Positions 1-9,823 of a stretch of 64,000 nt of DNA are shown here, in pieces. The notes beneath the pieces were generated by a model, which was not told the DNA's origin, did not search any database, and was given only the letters and a program-made list of their open reading frames with translations. The stretch spans positions 192,001 through 256,000 of the forward strand of contig JBPOGI010000007.1 in the NCBI GenBank assembly GCA_051251855.1, given 5' to 3'. Source of the DNA: Roseibacillus sp. GTDB lineage: Bacteria; Verrucomicrobiota; Verrucomicrobiia; Verrucomicrobiales; Akkermansiaceae. The position numbers were made by a program, and so were the translations under genes. The first letter of the stretch is position 1. Every line of letters starts with the position of its first letter.

Positions 1-92
1 GTCTTAATAAATACTTTCGGCATAATAGCGGGACGGGAGGCTATAACCCTTCACCGAGAAAACTCAATCGCGAAGGAATAAGAAAACGACGC

Positions 93-127
93 AAAAAAAG
101 AGAGCAGAGGATCACTCCCCTGCTCTC
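93..127 (-). terminator. Intrinsic terminator of the OMP gene
   Basis: Minus strand reads GAGAGCAGGGG-AGTGAT-CCTCTGCTCTC followed by a T-run, just downstream of the stop at 154. Confidence 0.75.
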
Positions 128-153
128 AGTTAAATTAAACCAGGCGGTCTACT

Positions 154-765
154 TTAGAAGTAGAAGCGCATTCCGATCTCGACGTTGGTGAGGCTGTCAC
201 CAATCTCGTCTGCAACGCCGAAGACGTCAGAAGGAGACCAAGAATAGTTCACGCCAGCATAGACAGCCATGTGTGAACGGATGAAGTACTTAACGCCGAG
301 CTCTCCAGAGAAAGCGAAGCCGTCGTTGCCCAACACCTCTTCGGTACCGACAAAGCGGTCACCTGAAGCTGCGTATGAAGCACCGAAACCAACGTAAGGA
401 ACCCACTTGGAGCCGGTTGCGAAGTTGTACTCAGTGAAAAGACCGAAGCGGCTATCGCGAAGGATGTCACCGTCTTCACCTGCCCAGTCGACAGAGAAAC
501 CGAACTCCCAGTTGTCCTGGATGAACCAACCGTAAGTCATGTTGAGATCCCAAGCGACACCGTCGTTGAGGTCAACGCTTCCGCCGATACCGAGTTCTTG
601 AGTTCCCGCTGCAAGCATTGGGAGAGAGTTGTCACTGACGTTCATGAAGCCAGAGTTTCCGCCAGCCTGCTGGAGACCGACACCGTCATCAACGACACCA
701 CCTGCAAAAGCAGTGGTAGCGGTCGCGATTGTTCCTGCGACGAGGAGTGTTGCGTATTTTTTCAT
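154..765 (-). CDS. Outer-membrane beta-barrel protein (small, porin/OmpA-TM-like)
   Basis: Signal peptide MKKYATLLVAG..AFA; amphipathic strands; WVPYVGFGASY; C-terminal aromatic signature GMRFYF. Confidence 0.85.
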   Translation of the reverse strand: MKKYATLLVAGTIATATTAFAGGVVDDGVGLQQAGGNSGFMNVSDNSLPMLAAGTQELGIGGSVDLNDGVAWDLNMTYGWFIQDNWEFGFSVDWAGEDGDILRDSRFGLFTEYNFATGSKWVPYVGFGASYAASGDRFVGTEEVLGNDGFAFSGELGVKYFIRSHMAVYAGVNYSWSPSDVFGVADEIGDSLTNVEIGMRFYF

Positions 766-946
766 TATTGTTTTTGGGATGGGTTAAGCGATTCAATGAT
801 TTTCAAGGAATCTCAATGACCGCTGCCGAGGAGACAGAGCCACAAACTTCTGTCTTTGGCCACATGAAATTTATTCATATTTACTGAAAAAAAACTTAGT
901 TTTCCCCGACCTATAAGATACCCTGATTATCAGAAAACCAACCAAT

Positions 947-1837
947 TTGCCCCCGCTCATCGACAGTTTCATTATGTATCTCGCTACCGAGAGGGGCCTT
1001 TCTGCGGCCTATCAACTCTCGGTTCGTCAATCACTGGACGCCCTTAACCTTTGGTCAGAAAAAAAAGGGCTCTGTCATCCATCCCAAATATCAACCGATA
1101 AACTGTCAGGATTTTTGACCGCACGTCGCAAAAGTGGTCTTAGCGCTTCCTCTCAGCGCATTCTCGTAGTGCATCTTAAGATCTTCTTTCGCTTTCTCGT
1201 CTCTCGGCACGGTATGACCCACGATCCGGCGGAAGCCCTTCTCGCTCCCAAGCAACCTTCTAAACTCCCAGAAACCCTTTCCGCCGAGCACCTCAGAGCC
1301 CTTCTCAGCTCCATCGACCCAGCCAAACCACTGGGCAAGAGAGACCTCGCCATGATGGAACTTTTCTACTCTTCCGGCCTACGACTCTCTGAGCTTTGTA
1401 ATGCTCGCTTTGAGCACTTAGACGAAGATGACGCCATCCTTCGGGTCACCGGAAAGGGAAACAAAACTCGTCTTGTACCCGTGGGTGATCGCGCCCTGCA
1501 AGCTATCGCTCACTACCTCGTCAGCGAGCGGCCCGAACTTGTCAAATCAGGGAAGACCTCCTCCCATCTCTTTCTTTCCATCCGAGGCGGACCTCTCTCC
1601 CCCGACCGAGTCCGTCAAATCGTAAAGAGCCGAGCCGAACAAGCCGGACTCCCTCACAAAATCTATCCCCATCTGCTCCGACATTCCTTTGCCACCCACC
1701 TCCTCGAAGGAGGCGCTGACCTCCGCGTGATCCAAGAGCTCCTCGGACATGCCGACATCTCCACCACCCAGATCTACACCCACCTCGATCAGAAGCACCT
1801 CGTTCAGACCCACAAGAACCACCACCCTAGGGCCTGA
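947..1837 (+). CDS. xerD: Site-specific tyrosine recombinase XerD
   Basis: SGLRLSEL, GKGNKTRLVP, HLLRHSFATHLLEGGADLRVIQELLGHADISTTQIYTH; start may be TTG 947 or ATG 974. Confidence 0.88.
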   Translation: MPPLIDSFIMYLATERGLSAAYQLSVRQSLDALNLWSEKKGLCHPSQISTDKLSGFLTARRKSGLSASSQRILVVHLKIFFRFLVSRHGMTHDPAEALLAPKQPSKLPETLSAEHLRALLSSIDPAKPLGKRDLAMMELFYSSGLRLSELCNARFEHLDEDDAILRVTGKGNKTRLVPVGDRALQAIAHYLVSERPELVKSGKTSSHLFLSIRGGPLSPDRVRQIVKSRAEQAGLPHKIYPHLLRHSFATHLLEGGADLRVIQELLGHADISTTQIYTHLDQKHLVQTHKNHHPRA

Positions 1838-1852
1838 CCTCCTCCCTCCAAG

Positions 1853-1889
1853 AAAAAAGGACGCCTTCCCTCGCGGGAAGACGTCCTTC
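1853..1889 (-). terminator. Terminator hairpin between convergent xerD and lipoprotein gene
   Basis: AAGGACG-C-CTTCCC-TCGC-GGGAAG-A-CGTCCTT, with an A-run on the left (U-tail on the minus strand). Confidence 0.7.
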
Positions 1890-1913
1890 AAAAATTCGAT
1901 TTGGAAAAAGCTC

Positions 1914-2681
1914 TTACTTGAGCTTCACCGTCACCTTCTCTTTCGACTCCATCTCGATACCGTCCAACTCCTTCACCGCAGCGGTAAAGGCTTCGCGAGA
2001 CTCTACATCAAGCTTCTTCATCGCGGCAAAGCCACCCTCATTCTTCATCATCTCATCAAAGTTCATCGACATCAAGTTGATGGTATTCCCTTCGTGGTAA
2101 GTCGCGTTTGTGGAATCAATTCCTCCCTCAAAGACCATCTTCGCAGACATCTTGAACCCCGCGAACATCGGTGCTGCCATTGCCATTTCCTCTTCGCTCA
2201 TATCATCATCACCTAATCCAAGGCCCTCCTCAGAAGGATCCGGCGTCGTAATGGTGAGCACCCCATCGTTGAACGAAAACATCTTCAGATCCTCCTCTTC
2301 ATCGTCCAAGTCCTCTTCGTCCGCCATCATCGCTCCAGGAGTAAACTTCAAGGTCGAGATATCCGCGAACTTGAAGACTGTGGTAAAGCTCACGCCACCG
2401 TCTTTCTCCTCCTTCGTCACCTCGACAAACTCTACCCCTTCGCCATACTTTGCCGCTTTGGCTTTCAGACTCTTCTCGCTAAACTTCGCCAACGGATCTT
2501 CTCCCCCCTCCGTCGCACCCATTCCCATCATGGCCACCATTTGCGCGCCCATCACCACTTTTTCGGTCAAGAGACCCGAGCCATCCTTGTTGACCGAAAT
2601 CGTCGATTCCATCTCCAAACATCCGCTGAGGCCAATCAGCGCCATCATCGCCCCAACGAGGGCCAGTACTTTTTTAAACAT
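1914..2681 (-). CDS. Putative lipoprotein (LppM/DUF3153-like N-terminus)
   Basis: Likely start MFKKVLALVG at 2681 with GGAGG upstream; lipobox LSGC; followed by LEMESTISVNKDGSG. The upstream part of the 711-aa ORF is antisense shadow. Confidence 0.75.
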   Translation of the reverse strand: MFKKVLALVGAMMALIGLSGCLEMESTISVNKDGSGLLTEKVVMGAQMVAMMGMGATEGGEDPLAKFSEKSLKAKAAKYGEGVEFVEVTKEEKDGGVSFTTVFKFADISTLKFTPGAMMADEEDLDDEEEDLKMFSFNDGVLTITTPDPSEEGLGLGDDDMSEEEMAMAAPMFAGFKMSAKMVFEGGIDSTNATYHEGNTINLMSMNFDEMMKNEGGFAAMKKLDVESREAFTAAVKELDGIEMESKEKVTVKLK

Positions 2682-2744
2682 TGCCCCTCCATGAAACCTT
2701 TTTCCCCGCTTTCCACAATTCAGAAACATCGCTAACATCCCCTC

Positions 2745-3587
2745 GTGAGCGACCTCGCTGTTGATATCAAAGACCTCGTCAAAGAGTTCCCCGCCGCGAT
2801 CAAGCGAACCAAGCATCGCGCCGTCGATAACGTCTCCCTCACCATCGGTCGCGGCCAAGTCTACGGCCTCATTGGCCCCAATGGCTCCGGAAAATCCACC
2901 ACAATGAAGGCCCTCCTCGGCCTCCTCGCCCCCACCAGCGGCACCTGCGAAATTTTCGGCAAAAACTCCCTCAAAACCGACTCGCGCAAAGACGTCGGCT
3001 ATCTTCCCGAAAACCCCTATTTCTACAAACACCTCACCGGCAAAGAAACCCTCAAATTCTACGGCAAGCTCTGCGGAATGAAGGGCAAAACGTTGAACGC
3101 ACGCATCGAGGAACTCCTCGAACTCGCCTCCCTCACCGAAGCTGGAGACCGCCGTCTCGCCGGCTATTCCAAGGGCATGCTGCAACGCATCGGCCTCGCC
3201 CAAGCCCTCATTCAATCGCCCCGCCTCCTCATCCTCGACGAACCCACCGCCGGCGTCGACCCCTTGGGCTCCCGACAGATCCGCGACCTTATTCTCGACC
3301 TCAAGTCCAACGGCATCACCGTTTTCCTCTGCTCCCACCTCCTCGAGCAAGTGCAAGAAATCTGCGATACCATCGGCATTATTCATCAAGGAAAAATGCT
3401 CAGGCAGGGCCCTCTCGACGAACTCGTCGCCCTCGAAGACCAGACCGAAGTGATGCTTCAAAACGCCTCCCCCGAGCTCATCGCCCAAATCAAGAACCTC
3501 GTCGCCTCCGATCCCAACGGCGAACTCCTCTCCGCTTCTCACCCTCGCACCTCTCTCGAAAAGCTCTTCCTTGAAGAAACCAAGTGA
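2745..3587 (+). CDS. ABC transporter ATP-binding protein
   Basis: Walker A GPNGSGKST, signature YSKGMLQR, Walker B LLILDEPT, H-loop CSH. Confidence 0.92.
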   Translation: MSDLAVDIKDLVKEFPAAIKRTKHRAVDNVSLTIGRGQVYGLIGPNGSGKSTTMKALLGLLAPTSGTCEIFGKNSLKTDSRKDVGYLPENPYFYKHLTGKETLKFYGKLCGMKGKTLNARIEELLELASLTEAGDRRLAGYSKGMLQRIGLAQALIQSPRLLILDEPTAGVDPLGSRQIRDLILDLKSNGITVFLCSHLLEQVQEICDTIGIIHQGKMLRQGPLDELVALEDQTEVMLQNASPELIAQIKNLVASDPNGELLSASHPRTSLEKLFLEETK

Positions 3588-3641
3588 ACACGCCTCGGAA
3601 AATTCTTTAACCTTTCCTAAATAACCGTAAACTCCCCACCC

Positions 3642-4688
3642 ATGGCCCGCGGGAGAACGACCAGAACCTCCAAAAAACGAATCGACCTCAAAGCTCCTCG
3701 CAAACGGAGTAAAAAGGCTCGCAAGACCCCGCTGAGCAGGCGCCCCACCCTCCGCGAAGCCTTTCGCACCGCCGACCAAGTCGCCCGTGCCCGCTCCAAT
3801 CGTCGCGTTGCCGGTCGCAAAGGCCTCCGCACCATCCAGGCCTCCCTCGACATCCCCCTCCCCGAAATCGGTACCATCGACTTCGACGAACCCGAAGAGC
3901 ACGCCCTCTCCCTCCCCGACCGCGTGATTCGCTTCATCATTGGCCTTCTCCTCTTCATTCCCTGCGCCGTCACCACCATCACTCTCTTTCAACGAGTTTC
4001 GGAAACTCAGGAAAACTCCGAGACCCCGTTCATCAGCGAATTCTGGCATACCTCTGAATTTTTCTACTTCGCCATCGGCTGCGGCATCTGCGCCACTTGG
4101 CTCCTGAGCGGAGTTCTACGTAAAATTTGGCTCTATCTCTACGTGCTTGGCCATGAGCTCACCCACGTCCTCTTCATCTATCTCTCCTTTGGTAAGGTCT
4201 CCGGCTTCTCAGTTGGCCTTGATGGCGGATACGTCGTCACCAATAAGTCCAACGTACTCATCGCACTTTCGCCCTACTTTGTCCCCTTCTGGTCGCTCGT
4301 CGCCCTGCTCATTTTAGCACCGCTCAACCACTTCCTCCCCCTGATCCCAGGCTTTCCCGAGAGCCTCTTAAGCTATGATCAGTCCAGCCTCACCCCTGAG
4401 ACTCCCGACCTCCTCTATTACAACGAAGTTCTCTTCGCCGTCATCGGTGCCACCTGGCTCTTCCACCTCCTCTTCACCTGCTGGATGATTCCCCGCGACC
4501 AACCCGACCTCAAGGAGAACGAAACCTTCTTCTCCCTCATGCTCATCATCCTCGCCAACATTGTTCTTCTCTCCGGACTCCTCTGCTTCGCCTCCCCCGA
4601 CCTCGGCTGGCGCGACTTCGTCTACAATTGGTATAACAACTTCCTCGACCTCTTCTGGGAACCCATCAGCGTCCGGTTCTTGGATTGA
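3642..4688 (+). CDS. Membrane protein, M50/M50B-like Zn metallopeptidase
   Basis: HELTH (HExxH) inside a TM segment, LSPYF motif, several TM helices, basic N-terminal tail. Confidence 0.65.
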   Translation: MARGRTTRTSKKRIDLKAPRKRSKKARKTPLSRRPTLREAFRTADQVARARSNRRVAGRKGLRTIQASLDIPLPEIGTIDFDEPEEHALSLPDRVIRFIIGLLLFIPCAVTTITLFQRVSETQENSETPFISEFWHTSEFFYFAIGCGICATWLLSGVLRKIWLYLYVLGHELTHVLFIYLSFGKVSGFSVGLDGGYVVTNKSNVLIALSPYFVPFWSLVALLILAPLNHFLPLIPGFPESLLSYDQSSLTPETPDLLYYNEVLFAVIGATWLFHLLFTCWMIPRDQPDLKENETFFSLMLIILANIVLLSGLLCFASPDLGWRDFVYNWYNNFLDLFWEPISVRFLD

Positions 4689-4887
4689 AGAACAAACCAG
4701 TTGCGCCAATCTAGAAAACTGCAGGTTAAGACTGCCCCAACAGCGTCTCTTTGCACGCGATTCATCAATCAACGCAGTCCTTATGGTTATCGCACCCTGC
4801 GGAAACACCATAAGGACTATTTTGGGTTCAGTATTGAAAAGGCCCTTGATGCCTAAGTCGAAATCAACACACTGTTCGGCTGAAAAC

Positions 4888-5355
4888 ATGAAGAGATTAG
4901 CGTTGGTTCTAGGGGTCGGGTGTTTGGCCGTGTCCCTTGTTTTTGTTGCTGGTAGGTCTTGCACCGCTGGCGATGCAGCAGATTCATACAGGCACTCTCC
5001 AAGCGAGGCTGCAGCCCGTTCCAACGAGGATCCATTGCTATCGAGGCTTATGGACATCGACTCGGAAACTAGAAGTGCGATGAGGAACTACAACCCTACT
5101 TTTACAGAATCTAGCCCCGATTTCCGCGCAGAATTCCATCGGAAACGAGATGAGATCGTTAACGCGTTCTGGGAAAATTGTGGTGAACTATACCAAGAGG
5201 GGTTTGACGCCCTCCAAGCGAACGAAGATCCCAAGGGCCAAGCCACTTTTATCCCAGAGTTCGAGAAGAAGTATCACAAGCTACTCAAGCTCCTAAAAGA
5301 GGCTTTGCAGGTCCTTCATGCAGAATTACTCGCTGAGTGGAAGAAGATTACTTAG
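4888..5355 (+). CDS. Hypothetical exported protein (candidate gene cassette)
   Basis: ATG 4888 lies 8 nt after GTTCGGC; signal/TM-like MKRLALVLGVGCLAVSLV; ends just before the attC-like site. Confidence 0.6.
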   Translation: MKRLALVLGVGCLAVSLVFVAGRSCTAGDAADSYRHSPSEAAARSNEDPLLSRLMDIDSETRSAMRNYNPTFTESSPDFRAEFHRKRDEIVNAFWENCGELYQEGFDALQANEDPKGQATFIPEFEKKYHKLLKLLKEALQVLHAELLAEWKKIT

Positions 5356-5369
5356 AAACCCTCAGAACG

Positions 5370-5487
5370 GCCTAACAATACGAAGCGCCATATATCCGAC
5401 CGCGCTGGTGGATCGGAGAATTGACTAGAGGAGGAAACTTGTTAGAAGCGCTAAGACGGTCGGACTCGATATACTTAAGCGTTCTGC
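5370..5487 (+). mobile_element. Integron attC-like recombination site
   Basis: GCCTAAC (RYYYAAC) ... GTTCTGC, 118 bp; internal pairings AAG/CTT, TATATC/GATATA, CGACCG/CGGTCG with bulges. Confidence 0.65.
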
Positions 5488-5590
5488 TGAAAATAGTCCG
5501 CCCTAACAATCGAACGCGCGTTTCTCCTAGCTGTGATTGCGAATTGTTTTTTATTTTACGAGTGGCGTCACGTGATACAAATATTGCAAG

Positions 5591-5953
5591 ATGACTCGAC
5601 GCGGATCAAAGCAAAACATCTACCGAGAATCTCGCGACCGAAGAGGCCGTATCGAGAAGTTGATGGCCGAGGGATGGATTAAGGATCCTAGCGAGATTCC
5701 AGATTCTGCGGTGCCCGTGAATCCTCATCGTCTTAATTTGGGTGGTTCGTGGTCACGACCTACATTTTTCCAGAATGTTGATTTTACCTGTCGGGATTGT
5801 GGCGTGATTCAGATCTGGTTGGCGGAGGACCAAGCTTGGTATTACGAATCATTTGGAGCGCCATATTATTCCTCTGCTATTCGCTGCAGGTCTTGTCGTC
5901 TTGCTGAACGAGAAAGGAAAGCGAAAGCAAGGCAAAACGCTGGCCACGAATAG
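5591..5953 (+). CDS. Zinc-ribbon domain protein (candidate gene cassette)
   Basis: FTCRDCG ... W..EDQAWYYE ... RCRSCR (two CxxC); flanked by GTTCTGC and GCAGAAC. Confidence 0.7.
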   Translation: MTRRGSKQNIYRESRDRRGRIEKLMAEGWIKDPSEIPDSAVPVNPHRLNLGGSWSRPTFFQNVDFTCRDCGVIQIWLAEDQAWYYESFGAPYYSSAIRCRSCRLAERERKAKARQNAGHE

Positions 5954-6095
5954 AAAATAACAAGACGCAGAACTAAAATTCAGCCCTTTCTAGAAAATCA
6001 GAAGTTGACCGGACAAATGTAGAGGGTAGAAACTGCGCCAGTGCTACTTCTTCCGGAACGAGCGCTTTAAAATACTCGACTAAAATTGAAAACCT

Positions 6096-6566
6096 ATGGA
6101 AGCCAAATTTGAACTCGCTAAGGAAATGATCATCATTCTGCTGGGGATGATTGGATTCTCGGAACCTAGTTCAAGGATCTCGATCCAAGAAGAACTGACG
6201 AGTCTTCCTGGTTACCGAGTGACTAGAACATATACCGCGGACGTAACAAAGGATGGCTACTTCGTCTTTTTCGGAGAAGGAGACAGCCGCATTTCAATGA
6301 TGGCAGTGACCCGAGGCGATTCTGATTACTCGTTCATAGTTTCTGAATTCGCAGAATCGGAAAATAAAAAGGACCAAGCATCAATTCGTGCTGAAATAGA
6401 CCTAACAAAGCTCTTTCCAACCGTTGAATTTGAAAAATTCATCGCGGGAGGAGAAGTGAGTATAGACGATGAAGAAGAGACGTTTAAGATCACTAAAAAT
6501 GAGGGCAACCTAGTTCTCACAAGTCCCGACGCTGAAGTGTTCACGTTTTCGATTGAGCAGGAATAG
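6096..6566 (+). CDS. Hypothetical protein
   Basis: 156-aa ORF co-oriented with neighbours in the AT-richer islet. Confidence 0.55.
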   Translation: MEAKFELAKEMIIILLGMIGFSEPSSRISIQEELTSLPGYRVTRTYTADVTKDGYFVFFGEGDSRISMMAVTRGDSDYSFIVSEFAESENKKDQASIRAEIDLTKLFPTVEFEKFIAGGEVSIDDEEETFKITKNEGNLVLTSPDAEVFTFSIEQE

Positions 6567-6598
6567 TTCGAACTGAATGTAGCACTGTGGAAAGAGCC

Positions 6599-7180
6599 AT
6601 GGAACCCAAATCCGAATCCGAATCCGAGCTTACTCTCGAAAGAAAGAGCCGAAAGCGGCTGATTGCGGATGTCCTTGGATGCTGTCTTTTTCTCTACGGA
6701 GTTCTAGCGTTTACAATACGCACCAATATCAGCACAGAACACACCACGACCTTCTACCCTGAACACTATTTAGAAAGCCCTAGACTCAAACCCGGTCTAA
6801 AGAGCGAGTTCATTTCACAGGGTCTCCCCTACCAATCAGAGACCACCAAAAGAATGGTGTTTCCAATCGATGGTGCTCTCGCCATCGGCGTGGGGATCTT
6901 GCTCATAATGTTCTATGGCCGCAATAAACCAAGGCCAGCACTTGATGGGATTGAGAATGAAGAGGACGGCTCTTCTCTTGTTAGAGTTGATAGCCCTCCG
7001 CCAGAGACACTCCCTCATTCCGAGGAGAAGCAGGAAGCAGTTCGAGAAGAATACATCAGTCTCGAGGAGCAAATTCAGAGAGAACCCGGATTTCAAAGTT
7101 GGCTCGAATCTCATCCCGATCTTGTTCACCGGGATGTCGTTGACCAAATCGCTTTATTCCGCGACTTCCAGTCCTGCTAA
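6599..7180 (+). CDS. Hypothetical membrane protein (2 TM)
   Basis: Two hydrophobic segments (VLGCCLFLYGVLAFTI; ALAIGVGILLIMFYG); ATG at 6599. Confidence 0.55.
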   Translation: MEPKSESESELTLERKSRKRLIADVLGCCLFLYGVLAFTIRTNISTEHTTTFYPEHYLESPRLKPGLKSEFISQGLPYQSETTKRMVFPIDGALAIGVGILLIMFYGRNKPRPALDGIENEEDGSSLVRVDSPPPETLPHSEEKQEAVREEYISLEEQIQREPGFQSWLESHPDLVHRDVVDQIALFRDFQSC

Positions 7181-7217
7181 TAGGACAAGTGCCGCGAAGT
7201 ATCTGCTTCCATAGCAC

Positions 7218-9086
7218 TTAGGGCAACGCGACCACCACAATGCCATTCATGAGAGGATTGTTCGCTGAAGCGGCAACATCGATGTTGAGAATCCCGTCGC
7301 TCACCGAAATGGTGGCACTGTTTGTGTAGGCAACCCACTTCCCCCCTTCCTCAACAAGATCAAGGTCGTCGATCACAAGAGCACCTTCCACCGAGACATC
7401 AAAGACCCGAGCCCCCGAGGTCTCCCAGAAAGTTTCCGCGAATTGCAGTTGCACGAGGTAGCTGCCATTGGGCACGGGAACGGAATACCCCGTGAAGGTA
7501 TTATCTGCCGAGCGAGCCGAATTGTAGAGCAGATCATCGTTCGTTCGGGCAACAGGATTGCCGGGAAAGTTATCCACGCCCCCGCCGTTGAAAGATTGGT
7601 CCGCAAAATAGGAAATCCCCGTATCAGCTGCATAGACACCCCCTCCACAATTGATCGCGATTGAGACCGCAGCCGAATCAACAACCTCCACCGTGTGTAG
7701 GGCAGTCGCCGAACTCCCCCCACCCGTTGCGGTAAGCTGAAGCTGATAGGTCCCCGTCGCGGAAAAGGTCGCGGTCGTCTGGGCCGAAGAAGCTGAATCA
7801 AACATGACGGCCCCGGGACCACTCAGTTGAGTCCAAGTTTGACCAGTCGCATCGGTAACGACCCCTTCCAGCCACGCACTCCCCGCTAAAGTAACCAATG
7901 CATCACCAGATGCCAGAGCAGTGGGAACCGCTGGAGGAAGACCAGACGACACCTCTAAGCGGGTAAACCATCGCGAAGAATTTCCATCAGGAAGCACGCG
8001 GAGAGTCACTCTTTCACTCTCGTTGTCGCCAAAGGGTACAGAGCCAATCATTTCCACGAGAGAGGCTTCAGTTCTCCAATCACCTCCCTTCAAACCATCC
8101 TGCTGCTGAAGAGCAAAGCGATTATTACGCGCCACATAATCGAAGCCTGCCTGTCCTACTCCCCCTGACCATTGTCGATAGGAAATCTGAAAGTCTGCCT
8201 CCACTGAGAGACACTCAAATTGAAACCACTCCGGCGAGTTCCCATAGTCACGAGCGAGATAGCGCACAATCCGGCGCAGAATCTCTTCATTATCCCTCTT
8301 TGTGATGTCGGAACCATCTCCACCATTCCAAATCGGCTGTCGGTCAAAGAGAGCCATCACATTTCCCTCCTCTACCTCTGCCAACCCAATCGCCGCCCAA
8401 ATCGGATTAACTATCGTGACGCCCACGGGATCGATGGCGAGGTTTCCATTAGAAACACGATTAGCCGCCCCCAGAGAAATGAGCGCCATCGCTGGGCCAT
8501 TCGGCTCAATCGCGACAGGTGAAACGCCTTCGCCCTCAAAAACCGGTTGATCCCAGATTATGGGGTTCGACGAATCCGCGTCCGGCTCATAGGCCCGCGT
8601 TCCTCCCGCCTGATCAACGGCAACCTCCATGCCATAGTTTGCCAAAATCGAATTCACCGCTGCTTGTCCCGTCTGGTTCTTAATTCCCACTCCCGGACTA
8701 CCGAAAAACCCACCCGCTGCCGAATCTGAATACATCAGAATCCCCCCGCCCGCTTTAATCCAATCATCGAGGGCAGCTTGCTCCCCCACCGACCAAATCT
8801 TCTGATGAAGTCCAAAAATCACGACATCAAACGAGGCCAGAAAACCCGCGTTTAAAGTCGTAGCCTGATCATAATGCTGCGAAATCGAATAGCCCTGCGC
8901 CTCCACCAGAGACTTGAACTGCGAAAGTCCGGTATCACCCGTATCGGTGAGCAACATCTGGTCATAAGGAGCATTTTGGCCCGAAGGAACATCTCCATTC
9001 CCAGCAACATCACCATAGATGTAAGCGACAGATTTAGCCCCCTGAAGAGTGGAGAGGCCTAGAAGGAGGAGAAATAGGATTTTCAT
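7218..9086 (-). CDS. Secreted protein: GATase-like/DUF4350-like domain, PKD-like domain and C-terminal malectin domain
   Basis: Signal MKILFLLLLGLS; ALDDWIKAGGGILM; WTQLSGPG..ATFSATGTYQLQLTAT; malectin AINCGG..VQLQFAET..RVFDVSVEG. Confidence 0.75.
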   Translation of the reverse strand: MKILFLLLLGLSTLQGAKSVAYIYGDVAGNGDVPSGQNAPYDQMLLTDTGDTGLSQFKSLVEAQGYSISQHYDQATTLNAGFLASFDVVIFGLHQKIWSVGEQAALDDWIKAGGGILMYSDSAAGGFFGSPGVGIKNQTGQAAVNSILANYGMEVAVDQAGGTRAYEPDADSSNPIIWDQPVFEGEGVSPVAIEPNGPAMALISLGAANRVSNGNLAIDPVGVTIVNPIWAAIGLAEVEEGNVMALFDRQPIWNGGDGSDITKRDNEEILRRIVRYLARDYGNSPEWFQFECLSVEADFQISYRQWSGGVGQAGFDYVARNNRFALQQQDGLKGGDWRTEASLVEMIGSVPFGDNESERVTLRVLPDGNSSRWFTRLEVSSGLPPAVPTALASGDALVTLAGSAWLEGVVTDATGQTWTQLSGPGAVMFDSASSAQTTATFSATGTYQLQLTATGGGSSATALHTVEVVDSAAVSIAINCGGGVYAADTGISYFADQSFNGGGVDNFPGNPVARTNDDLLYNSARSADNTFTGYSVPVPNGSYLVQLQFAETFWETSGARVFDVSVEGALVIDDLDLVEEGGKWVAYTNSATISVSDGILNIDVAASANNPLMNGIVVVALP

Positions 9087-9288
9087 AAGACGAAAGGACA
9101 CTGAATGAGACAGAAGGAGAGCGCTACCTGTGAATTCTACTAGCTCCCGCCAAATAGGCTCATTTGCGGCCCTAAAATCCCGAATCCAGCCTCTAAAAAC
9201 TTCCCCATCAATCTTGACTCCCACGTTCTCTCATGATTAATCCTCTCCCCCGCGGCGTCGGTAACGTCGCAATCCACCTCGGACTCCC

Positions 9289-9600
9289 ATGAAAAAAGAA
9301 ATTCATCCCGATTATCATCCGGTCGTCTTCCACGATATGACCACCGGCAAGCGCTTCTTTACCCGTTCGACTGTCAAGACGGACAAAACCGAAGAAATCG
9401 ACGGCGTCGAGTACTTCGTCGTTTCTATGGGTATCACCTCTGACTCCCACCCGTTCTTCACTGGCAAAGCCCAGTTTGTCGACACCGAGGGTCGTATCGA
9501 CAAGTTTCAAAAGCGCTTTGGAACCACTCGCCGTGCGTCCAAGCCCAAGCTTGCCGCCAAGGTCGAGGAAGCTGCACCCGCAGCCACCGAGGAAGCCTAA
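9289..9600 (+). CDS. rpmE2: 50S ribosomal protein L31 type B
   Basis: MKKEIHPDYHPVVFHD..SDSHPFFTGK..VDTEGRIDKFQKRF; no Zn-binding cysteines. Confidence 0.93.
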   Translation: MKKEIHPDYHPVVFHDMTTGKRFFTRSTVKTDKTEEIDGVEYFVVSMGITSDSHPFFTGKAQFVDTEGRIDKFQKRFGTTRRASKPKLAAKVEEAAPAATEEA

Positions 9601-9625
9601 GCTCCCTCCCCCTTATTCTTTTTCT

Positions 9626-9657
9626 AAAAAGCAGAGCCTCAACGCTCTGCTTTTTTT
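9626..9657 (+). terminator. Intrinsic terminator after rpmE
   Basis: AAAAA-GCAGAGC-CTCAAC-GCTCTGC-TTTTTTT. Confidence 0.85.
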
Positions 9658-9717
9658 GTGCCCAAAATAGAACAGTTCATCCACCGCGGCCTCATTTTCA
9701 GAGGTTTCCATTGATCC

Positions 9718-9767
9718 AAAAAAGGGAGAACTTTTCCACGGATCTGAAACCCGTGTTAAGTTCTCCC
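9718..9767 (-). terminator. Hairpin/terminator after the autotransporter gene
   Basis: GGGAGAACTT..CACGG..CCGTG..AAGTTCTCCC, with A6 on the left (U-tail on the minus strand). Confidence 0.6.
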
Positions 9768-9823
9768 CTCAGGAATAGAACGGTCCGTTCGTTGAGCCCC
9801 CTTAGACAGAGCTCACGAAAGAA

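Noticed and set aside
947..1837. Tyrosine recombinase as the integron integrase for the nearby attC
   Set aside because: Canonical XerD sequence with no visible IntI-specific insertion, and separated from the cassettes by unrelated genes
2682..4049. N-terminal 456 aa of the 711-aa minus-strand ORF
   Set aside because: Antisense shadow of the ABC ATPase and membrane protein; the real gene starts at 2681 with an RBS and lipobox
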